This document shows positions 38,507 through 45,814 of a stretch of DNA of 45,814 bases, one piece after another; the first letter of the stretch is position 1; each line of letters opens with the position of its first letter. Below the pieces are notes generated by a model. That model was not told where the DNA came from, did not search any database, and saw only the letters and a list, made by a program, of their open reading frames with translations. The DNA is from Planctomycetaceae bacterium (GTDB lineage Bacteria; Planctomycetota; Planctomycetia; Planctomycetales; Planctomycetaceae), in the NCBI GenBank assembly GCA_031402175.1, contig JANNSB010000507.1, positions 1 through 45,814 on the forward strand. Reading direction: 5' to 3'. The position numbers and the translations under genes are program-made.

Positions 38507-41500
38507 TCACGCCGCCTTACTCTGCTGGAAGTCCCCGTTCTCCGAAACGTCTTCGAACTTGACCGACATGCGTTTCGAAACGCCGGCCTGTTCCATGGTC
38601 ACGCCGTAGAGCACGTCGGCGGCCGTCATCGTGCGTTTGCGGTGCGTGATGATCACGAACTGGGTCATCGACCGGAATTCCTTCACGATGCCGGCGTAGC
38701 GCTCGACGTTCGCATCGTCGAGGGCGGCATCGACCTCGTCGAGCACGCAGTAGGGGCTGGGCTTGCTCTTGAACATGGCGAACAGCATGCCGACAGCGGT
38801 GAGCGTTTTCTCGCCGCCCGACAACAGCGAGATGCTGCGGAGTTCCTTGCCGGGTGGACGGGCGACGATGTCGATGCCGCACTCCAGAATGTCGTTCGGA
38901 TCTTCGAGAATGATGTCGGCCTCGCCGCCGCCGAACAGTTTGCGGAACAATTCGCGAAAGTGCGTACGGATCAACTCGAAAGTTTCAATGAAGAGCCGTT
39001 CGCTTTCGACATTGATGCGGCGAATGATGTCTTCGAGCGCCCGCTTGGCCTCTTGCAGGTCTTCCAGTTGAGCGTTGAGCGCCGAGTGGCGGCCTTCGAG
39101 TTCCTCGAGGCTGGCGAGAGCCTCGGTGTTGACGTGACCCATCAGCTTGATTTTGCGACGCAGCCGTTGAACCTGGGCGTCGAGGTCTTCACGTCGGTGC
39201 TCGAACAGCTTCGCCTGTGAGGCCGTATCGGTTTGCTCGTCGAGCCAAGAGAGCTGAGCGTCGTCGCCTTCCGACGACTCAATGATCGGCGGAGCAGTCA
39301 CATGATGGACGACGGATGTGACGGGCGTGCCAGCGTCCTCTTCGTCGTCTGAGGCGCGCTGTGACACATGATGGAGCGCGGAACAGCCCTGGGACAGAAG
39401 GTCATCCAGCGTCAGTTGGTACTCCTCGTCGATCCGACCGGACAAAGTGTGGATCTGAGCTTCGAAGTCCCTGATCCGCAGCGACTCGGCCTGCATCTTC
39501 TCGCCGATGTCGCGACGTGATCGTTGGACTTGCTCTTCGCGTCGGGAGAGTTCGTTGCGTTCGCTGCGAATCTCGCGGCGCTTCAATTCGATAGCGGTGA
39601 TCTCCGTCGCCAGACGCTCGACTTCCGTCAGATGCTCGGCGGCGACGGCCTGAGACTGCAGGATGGTTAGTGTGCAGCGGCTGCGCTGGGACTGCATCTC
39701 GCCGATCTGCCGCAGTGCCTCAGCCACACGCGACGCCTGCTGAACATGATCGCTTTCCAGGCGTGATTGATTGGTCGCGAGCGCGCCCAGTCGTTCTTCG
39801 TACTTGGCCAGTTCCATGTCCTGAGCGCCGATTTCGCTTTGCAACTGAGCGATCGTCGCCTCGACATCGAAGATCTGGCCGGTCAGCCGATCGAGGTTGA
39901 TCCGCAGGTCACGAAGCTCTTGATTAGCCGCCCCGCGGCGATCGGCGGCGTCTTGTCGTTGCTGATCGAGGTCGTCAAGTCTCAACTCCAGCAAGTGTGC
40001 TTCGGTGCCCTGTCGGTCGAGTTGGGCCTGCATGCGCCGATGTTCCTGAAGCTGCAGTGAATGCAATGTGCGCTCACTCGCTACCCGCTCCTGATGCATT
40101 GTGAATTCGTCGTGATGTTTCAGCAGTTCGGAGCTTAGGCGATCCAGCGCGGCCGCAAGCTCCTCGGCATGGTTCTCGCCATCGACGATGTCGCGATCGA
40201 TGCGGGCCAGGCGGTTGCGAAGTTCCCGCAGTTCTGTTCTTGCCCCAACGGAAGCAATCTCGATCGGCGTTTCACCCACATGCAGCGTACCGTCGACATC
40301 CAGCAGTTCGCCCTGCATCGTGACGAGCCTGCCAGCCGTGTGGCCGCTGGATCTGAGTGCACGGGCCTCCTGCAGCGACTCGACCAGCCAAGTGTCTCCG
40401 AGCACTTGTGCCGCGAGGCCCGGAGCGCGAGGATCCTCGAAAACCAGACGATCGGTTCGTTCGACGATGCCGCGTATCCCCGTGAGATCTAGCGTCGCAG
40501 TTGCGGAAGGCTCGATTCCCGCGAGCTCGATAAACCCGAGACGTTCATGGAATCGCAATTCTCCGGACTCGATGAGCCGCAGGAAGGGTTGCAGGCTCCG
40601 CACGACTACCAGATTCGACCGGCCCGTCAGCGCGGCTTCAATGACGGGCGCGTGCTCCAGAGTGACCTCCAGCAGGTCGTGGACGCAGCCGACGACGAGA
40701 GTCCAGGGATGAAGTCCCTGACGCGCCCATTCGTCCACATTCTTGAGGCCGGCTTCCGAACGATATCGCAGGGCGAGATCCTGCAGCACCGCGTGTCGGG
40801 CCTGAACCGCGCTGCGTTCCTCACGGAGCTTGGCCAGGATGACCTCCGTCGCACCACGGGGAGCCGTCAACTCCGCTTGTCGTGAATGCAGGCGATTCAG
40901 CAGTTCTGATGCCAAGTTGAAGTCGTGTTCGGCCTGCACCAATCTCTGATTCGCCGCCTCCAAGGCTGTCGTCGAGTCGAGCCATTGTCGTTCGTGTCGC
41001 CGCAGCTCATCGAGCGCCGACTGCTGCGACTGCTGGAGGCCGACTGTCTCGTGCTGCAGGCGTGCGCGGAGTGAATCGATCTCTGCCAGCGTCTGTTCCT
41101 GCATCGTGCATCGCTGTTGCAATTCCGCGAGTTGAACACGAGATTCCTCCACATGCGACTTGTGCTGCAGCAAGAGGCCCCGCCTCTCACTCACGCCGTG
41201 ACGCTTCGATAGACACGAGGTCTGTGAATCTTGCAACAGAGTTCGAGTCTCGGACAGTTCACGTCCGACGGCTTCCGACTGGCGCATTGTCTGCAGACGA
41301 CTGCTGCGAAGCTGAACCAGCCGCTCGTTGTATTCCTCTGATCTCGTACACTGATGCTCGCGCGACGATGTGGCCGATATGATTTCCTGTCGATGTCCAG
41401 ATTGCCGGCGTTCGAGGTTTCGCTGGCTGTCCTCAGCGTCGAGCCCGCGATCGTCGGCTTGCTGCCGTTGCTTGACGAGTTGATCGCATTCGTCCGTCAG

Positions 41501-42268
41501 CGACTGATAGCGCGCCTGGAAGTCATCGGCCCTTTGGCGGGCGGCGTCTCGCTTGCCCTGCAAATAGCGATAGGTGTCGGCGGCGAGACCCGTCCAAAGC
41601 TGCTTCAGCTCCAGCGACAACTCGCGATAACGTGCCGCCTTCGATGCCTGACTGCGGGTGCTGGTGAGCTGGGCGTCCAATTCATCGACGATGTCGGTGA
41701 GCCGTTCCAGGTTCTGTGACACGCGCTCCAGTCGCCGCTCGGCTTCAACACGCTTGGCCTTGTAGCGGCTGATGCCAGCCGCTTCTTCGAATACGACTCT
41801 TCGCGTAAGCGGACTGGCCTGCAGCAACTGATCGACCCGCCCCTGTTCAATGATGCTGTAGGCCGCGGTACCCGCCCCCGTGCCCATGAACAGGTCGCGG
41901 ATATCCTTCAAGCGCACGGCGTTGCGGTTCAGCAGGTATTCGGAGTCGCCGCTGCGATACAGCCTGCGACCAATCTGCACCTCGCGAGACTCCGTCGGCA
42001 ATAGACCCGTGGAGTTATCGAAGGTGAGCGTGGCTTCCGCATAGTTACTGGGCCGACGGCTGGCGGAGCCGTTGAAGATGACGTCCGCCATATCCTTACC
42101 GCGCAGGCTTTTCGGCGACTGATCGCCGAGAATCCACTTGATCGCGTCGACGACGTTGCTCTTGCCGCTGCCGTTCGGCCCCACGACGCAGGTCACCCCT
42201 CGTGAGAACTCGAAGACGGTGCGGTCGGCGAAGCTCTTGAATCCAAAGAGTTCGAGAGACTTCAGCAT
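38507..42268 (-). CDS. smc: Chromosome segregation protein SMC
   Basis: I place the start at ATG 42268 ([21 protein letters not shown]...[18 protein letters not shown], Walker A). Long coiled coils, a hinge region, the signature [11 protein letters not shown] and Walker [13 protein letters not shown]. Confidence 0.93.
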   Translation of the reverse strand: MLKSLELFGFKSFADRTVFEFSRGVTCVVGPNGSGKSNVVDAIKWILGDQSPKSLRGKDMADVIFNGSASRRPSNYAEATLTFDNSTGLLPTESREVQIGRRLYRSGDSEYLLNRNAVRLKDIRDLFMGTGAGTAAYSIIEQGRVDQLLQASPLTRRVVFEEAAGISRYKAKRVEAERRLERVSQNLERLTDIVDELDAQLTSTRSQASKAARYRELSLELKQLWTGLAADTYRYLQGKRDAARQRADDFQARYQSLTDECDQLVKQRQQADDRGLDAEDSQRNLERRQSGHRQEIISATSSREHQCTRSEEYNERLVQLRSSRLQTMRQSEAVGRELSETRTLLQDSQTSCLSKRHGVSERRGLLLQHKSHVEESRVQLAELQQRCTMQEQTLAEIDSLRARLQHETVGLQQSQQSALDELRRHERQWLDSTTALEAANQRLVQAEHDFNLASELLNRLHSRQAELTAPRGATEVILAKLREERSAVQARHAVLQDLALRYRSEAGLKNVDEWARQGLHPWTLVVGCVHDLLEVTLEHAPVIEAALTGRSNLVVVRSLQPFLRLIESGELRFHERLGFIELAGIEPSATATLDLTGIRGIVERTDRLVFEDPRAPGLAAQVLGDTWLVESLQEARALRSSGHTAGRLVTMQGELLDVDGTLHVGETPIEIASVGARTELRELRNRLARIDRDIVDGENHAEELAAALDRLSSELLKHHDEFTMHQERVASERTLHSLQLQEHRRMQAQLDRQGTEAHLLELRLDDLDQQRQDAADRRGAANQELRDLRINLDRLTGQIFDVEATIAQLQSEIGAQDMELAKYEERLGALATNQSRLESDHVQQASRVAEALRQIGEMQSQRSRCTLTILQSQAVAAEHLTEVERLATEITAIELKRREIRSERNELSRREEQVQRSRRDIGEKMQAESLRIRDFEAQIHTLSGRIDEEYQLTLDDLLSQGCSALHHVSQRASDDEEDAGTPVTSVVHHVTAPPIIESSEGDDAQLSWLDEQTDTASQAKLFEHRREDLDAQVQRLRRKIKLMGHVNTEALASLEELEGRHSALNAQLEDLQEAKRALEDIIRRINVESERLFIETFELIRTHFRELFRKLFGGGEADIILEDPNDILECGIDIVARPPGKELRSISLLSGGEKTLTAVGMLFAMFKSKPSPYCVLDEVDAALDDANVERYAGIVKEFRSMTQFVIITHRKRTMTAADVLYGVTMEQAGVSKRMSVKFEDVSENGDFQQSKAA

Positions 42269-42308
42269 GCGGGTGGGGGGCGTCTGTTCCGAGAATCCGA
42301 ATGCAGGT

Positions 42309-44261
42309 TTAGAGCGACTCGGCCGAAGTGGTGTCGACGTCGCTGGGAGTGAGCGAGTGTCCGGCTGACGGGGTCGAATGCGCTTCAGATTCCGTCGACG
42401 ATTCTTCGACGGCGGCTTGCTCTTCCAAAGTGGCGGCATCAGTCGACAGCACGTCGGTGCCGTCGGGATTGACATCGTCCTCCGGGTGGCCGCCGAACAA
42501 CCAGGGCATTTCGCCAGTCGTCACCGCCTGTGCCGCCGAATCGTCGCCGACCGTCAGGTCGCTGCTGGGCCGCTGATAGACCCGACCGGCCTCAGGATAC
42601 TCGTCAATCGCCACCGGGCCTTCGAGATTGATTTGCTCGCTGGCTTCGAGCAGCATCTGCACAATGTCGGGATAGGTAGCGCCCAGGCCAGCCGCTGCCT
42701 GGATGACGCTGTTGACGGTCAGCGGAACCTGCACCTTCTGCATGGGCTGGTCGGCGGAGATGCGAGTCACCGTCGCGACCTGCCCACCCGGCTCGGCGCG
42801 AACCATGATGTCCGGTCCGGCCTTGAGCATCAGCGGGGCCAGGAAGCGTTGATCGGCTCCAAAGATGGCGATTTCCGCGTTTTTCGAACGCGTGATGTGG
42901 ATCAGCGGCGTCGGCGATTCGATGATATACAAGCGGAATTGATTGTTGATGAACGTACTCGGAATATGCGGATTGTCGCGACTGATCATGGTGAGCGCGC
43001 GCCACGCGCCGGCCCGAGTCTCGACGCTTTCGTGTTTGAGCAATTCCTGCAGCGCGAGGACAGCTTCGGCCTTCTTGAGCGCCGCCAGAGCGGCCAGTGC
43101 GAAGACGCGAAACGCCGGCTCTTTATCGCCTGCTTCGGTCAATGTCGCCACGCCGTCGATGCGTCCGAGGTAGGCCAATGCTTCCGCCGCATAAAACCTG
43201 GCCTCGAATGACGGAGAGGCCAGACCTTCCTTGAGGATCGGGACGGCATCGGTGCCGATCGCTTCGAGTTCGAGAGCTGCCTGGGCAGCCGACGGCCCGA
43301 CCAGCAGTCGTTCCTGCAACGACTGCATGCGAATGCTTTGCTCGACCGGCTGTTCCGAGAGTCGAATCTCGCGAATGACTCGCAAATAGCGATCGGGGTA
43401 ATTGCGGTATTGATCATCCAGCGTCAGACGGATGCGATAGTCGGTCTGGGCTTCGGCCAGGGGCACACGTTGACCGCCGTCATTGTAGCCGTCGAAACGA
43501 TTTCCGATCCTGGTGGCGATTCGCTCAGCGATGCGCCAGTTGCGATAGTCAGGCCGCATATAGAGTGCAAGATTCTGGTCCTCGCCGATGTACATCGCGC
43601 CGCCGGGAATCACGCCGCTCAATTGGGTCGACGTGCCGGCCTCGCCATGGTTGGCGGAGACGAGAATGTTGCCTGCGGCCTTGCCCAGGATGTCGCCCTC
43701 CAGAACTCGTCCATCCACGTAGCCTTGCTCGATCAGGTCGCACTCGACCAGCCTGCCCCCCGCAAGGCTCGTCGCCTGACTGCCGGGTGGAAGCTGCACG
43801 GAAATATCGATGCGGTCCTCTTTGCGAATGAGCGGTGGAACATAACCCGTTACGATGACCAGCGCGGTCTTCGGACTTTGCAGGACTTCGTTGGGATTCT
43901 CGACGCCGCGCCGTCGCATGTCTTCCAGGAGCATCGTGCGGGATGCGGACGCCGGCGGGTCTTCGCCGGTGTCGCGCAGTCCGACGACCAGTCCGACTCC
44001 GAGAATCCGGCGATGCTGCAAGCCGGCGACGGCGACATACTCACCTATGCGCCGGGGATGCCCGTCGCGGCCGCTCAGAGCCTCTCGGGCGTTGGCCTCG
44101 AGTTTCTCTTCCTCGCTCTGAAACCAACTTGTGACATCGACTGTTTTGCACCCAGCGCCCACGATGGCGACCAATGCCAATACGAGTGCCGCCGAGAAAG
44201 CTGCGCGCGAATGGACTCGGTTGCTGGGCATGGTTCGCCTGAATTGAGGGAGCACTGACAT
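42309..44261 (-). CDS. FlgI (flagellar P-ring) family lipoprotein with an internal HEAT-repeat insertion and an acidic Ser/Thr-rich tail
   Basis: Lipobox: LVAIVGAGC. FlgI blocks: [16 protein letters not shown] (cf. LIGYGLVVGLDGTGDQ), [43 protein letters not shown]-terminal block: [39 protein letters not shown] (cf. ALNALGATP.DL..ILQ....AG.L.A.LEII). About aa 305-435 is HEAT-like ([14 protein letters not shown]..., [10 protein letters not shown]). Alternative ATG at 44231. Confidence 0.75.
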   Translation of the reverse strand: MSVLPQFRRTMPSNRVHSRAAFSAALVLALVAIVGAGCKTVDVTSWFQSEEEKLEANAREALSGRDGHPRRIGEYVAVAGLQHRRILGVGLVVGLRDTGEDPPASASRTMLLEDMRRRGVENPNEVLQSPKTALVIVTGYVPPLIRKEDRIDISVQLPPGSQATSLAGGRLVECDLIEQGYVDGRVLEGDILGKAAGNILVSANHGEAGTSTQLSGVIPGGAMYIGEDQNLALYMRPDYRNWRIAERIATRIGNRFDGYNDGGQRVPLAEAQTDYRIRLTLDDQYRNYPDRYLRVIREIRLSEQPVEQSIRMQSLQERLLVGPSAAQAALELEAIGTDAVPILKEGLASPSFEARFYAAEALAYLGRIDGVATLTEAGDKEPAFRVFALAALAALKKAEAVLALQELLKHESVETRAGAWRALTMISRDNPHIPSTFINNQFRLYIIESPTPLIHITRSKNAEIAIFGADQRFLAPLMLKAGPDIMVRAEPGGQVATVTRISADQPMQKVQVPLTVNSVIQAAAGLGATYPDIVQMLLEASEQINLEGPVAIDEYPEAGRVYQRPSSDLTVGDDSAAQAVTTGEMPWLFGGHPEDDVNPDGTDVLSTDAATLEEQAAVEESSTESEAHSTPSAGHSLTPSDVDTTSAESL

Positions 44262-44799
44262 ACATCGACTCCTGCCGGCCGAACGTCGTCGGTCCGTGGG
44301 GAAACTGGAGAACTGCGCGAGAAGGGGGCGGAACGTATGCCGGTCCGCTTCCAGGGGTCAATAAAGGGGACGAATTGTTAGCCAAGTCCGGCGAAGCCTG
44401 CCGGGAGACTGACCCAGGTCGAGTGTTCCGATTTCGCGGCTCATGACGATTGGAGCCTCGCAATCTGTGCTGCTTCTGCCGCATTCCACTTGCCAAGCGG
44501 CGAAGATTGCCGTTTGAGTGGGGAGTTGACTGTCGCCCCTGCCGCCGGCCAGTCGATCAACGAGAATGCGTCTGGGACGGATGTCGCAGGCGAGGATTGG
44601 CAATGGAACGCGACCAGTCGTCGCATCCCATGTTAATCACAAGATTTACAGCAGTTGAAGTGAATTTTTCTCTGGTCGACAGTCAGGCGGCGTAGAATTC
44701 AGCACTCAATCCTTTCCTGCAGGCAATGAATGCCTCAGAAGAGCGAATGCGGCTGGGCTCAGGACGATTTCGCTGCATTGCTAACCAGAGAAATACACC

Positions 44800-45261
44800 A
44801 TGGCTCGCAAAGACGCCCTGTTGAGACTTCACGAACAATTGCTGGCACAGAGGGATGATCTGCGTCGCAAGTTGGCGGGGGAACTGGAAGAGGTTTCCCA
44901 GATGGGAAACGGCTCGACCGACCTCGTAGACGCAGTGTACGACGACCAGGAACGAGAACTGCACTCGCAGCTCGTCTCCCTGGAAGGCAGAGAACTCGAA
45001 CGGATTGAAAAGGCCATTGCTGCCATCAGGACGGGAACTTACGGCACATGCGAACGCTGCCAGAATCCCATCCCGGTCGCGAGATTGAAACTGCTTCCGT
45101 ATGTCTCGTGCTGCATTCGCTGTCAGGAACACGAAGAGTCGCGGCGAGGCAGGCAGGCAGAAGTGGAAGCCGATTGGGAATCGGTCGATGACTACCAGCG
45201 GCGTCTCGACGACCGCGAGTACTCCATCAGTGATCTGTCGATCGGCATGGAATCCGTGTAA
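44800..45261 (+). CDS. dksA: DksA/TraR-family C4 zinc-finger protein
   Basis: An N-terminal coiled coil is followed by YGTCERCQNPIPVARLKLLPYVSCCIRCQ (CxxC-x17-CxxC). Confidence 0.85.
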   Translation: MARKDALLRLHEQLLAQRDDLRRKLAGELEEVSQMGNGSTDLVDAVYDDQERELHSQLVSLEGRELERIEKAIAAIRTGTYGTCERCQNPIPVARLKLLPYVSCCIRCQEHEESRRGRQAEVEADWESVDDYQRRLDDREYSISDLSIGMESV

Positions 45262-45378
45262 CGCACAGGCGTGAAACGGACACACCGCAAGGTGTGCGAC
45301 GGCCAATGAAAACGAAGGTACGGAGAGACGGTGTCAGCAGGGAGGTGCTCGACATTCCTCGACAGGTTCTGGTCTGCA

Positions 45379-45814
45379 ATGATTGCGCCCTTCAAATCAC
45401 GGCGAGCTCTTCTTCTTGTGGCGCTCGTCATCGCCCTGCTGGCGACAGTTTCCACCTCGGGTGACAGCACTCCCGGCGTTGATGCGACGCGCCCCGACCC
45501 GTTGACGAGTGGAGCCGCCAATCATCTCGATGTCGCCGGCCGCGCGCTGTCCGAAGTGACGGCGCTCGTCAGTCCGTCGGTGGTGCATATCCTCAGCGAG
45601 CGCGACAGTCCTAACGGCGGCACGATTTTGGAGACAGGTTCCGGGATCATCGTCTACCATTCACCGACCACGACCTATCACGTCGTCACCAACCGCCACG
45701 TTGTCCGCGATGCGGCCTTGAGCGATATCGACGTTCATCTCCAAGACGGGCGAGTGATCCATCCCGTGCAGCGACTGGAGGACGCCGCCACCGATGTCGC
45801 GGTGCTGAGGATCA
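45379..45814 (+). CDS. Trypsin-like serine protease, HtrA/DegP family (5' partial; runs off the window)
   Basis: My translation from ATG 45379 is MIAPFKSRRALLLVALVIALLATVS... (signal/TM) ...VVHILSERDSPNGGTILETGSGIIVYH...YHVVTNRHVVRDA...IDVHLQDGRVIHP...DAATDVAVLRI. This gives the catalytic His (TNRHV) and Asp (DVAVL) contexts of S1C proteases. It is absent from the ORF track because no stop lies in the window. Confidence 0.8.
   Translation, partial: MIAPFKSRRALLLVALVIALLATVSTSGDSTPGVDATRPDPLTSGAANHLDVAGRALSEVTALVSPSVVHILSERDSPNGGTILETGSGIIVYHSPTTTYHVVTNRHVVRDAALSDIDVHLQDGRVIHPVQRLEDAATDVAVLRI

Noticed and set aside
38354-39220. 288-aa plus-strand ORF
   Set aside because: It starts inside repeat copy D and is antisense to the C-terminal head of smc, which carries unmistakable signature and Walker B motifs.
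38507-42268. SMC-like component of a defence system (Wadjet/Lamassu-type)
   Set aside because: It has the canonical housekeeping SMC N-terminus ([17 protein letters not shown]), a hinge and a signature motif. There are no JetABCD/LmuA-like neighbours, and scpB is present in the same region.
42309-44261. Evidence for a flagellar gene cluster
   Set aside because: Only this single FlgI-family gene is present. The neighbours are smc and a dksA-type gene, so no flagellar operon can be claimed from this window.
44683-45306. 207-aa minus-strand ORF
   Set aside because: It is antisense to the DksA/TraR zinc-finger gene (CxxC-x17-CxxC).

Overview
Visibly GC-rich bacterial chromosomal segment. I found about 34 protein-coding genes and no rRNA, tRNA, CRISPR array, transposase or integrase by eye. 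The gene content points to Planctomycetota; this is inference, not a database result. It includes futalosine-pathway mqnA, DUF4159 and prenyltransferase-repeat proteins, a PA14 + multi-haem cytochrome c + sugar-dehydrogenase-like giant protein, a HYExAFE-type protein and several very large signal-peptide proteins. Recognisable housekeeping genes are an alkA-like glycosylase, scpB, thrC, an rlmI-like methyltransferase, mqnA, ppdK, smc, a dksA-type zinc finger and a partial htrA-like protease. Accessory genes are a TolC-family protein, arsR + esterase, vapBC, an MFS transporter, thioredoxin-YHS, and DegT and YjbQ proteins. The ORF track uses ATG/GTG/TTG starts and the longest possible ORFs, so I trimmed several N-termini to signal-peptide or canonical starts. 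The many long R/G/A/P-rich ORFs antisense to these genes are treated as GC-driven shadow ORFs. Observations worth a second look: (1) a ~100-110 bp palindromic intergenic repeat family with four copies, which seeds several spurious ORFs; (2) an uncharacterised module of two paralogous membrane-anchored coiled-coil proteins, an unlisted 46-codon membrane micro-ORF and a divergent P-loop ATPase; (3) a FlgI (flagellar P-ring) homologue carrying a HEAT-repeat insertion and an acidic tail, alone next to smc; (4) a translationally coupled PD-(D/E)xK-like / aminotransferase / YjbQ trio; (5) the giant cytochrome protein paired with a DUF4159 protein; (6) two adjacent very large secreted proteins of unknown function. 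I recognise no known defence system here. All novelty statements need database searches that I cannot run.
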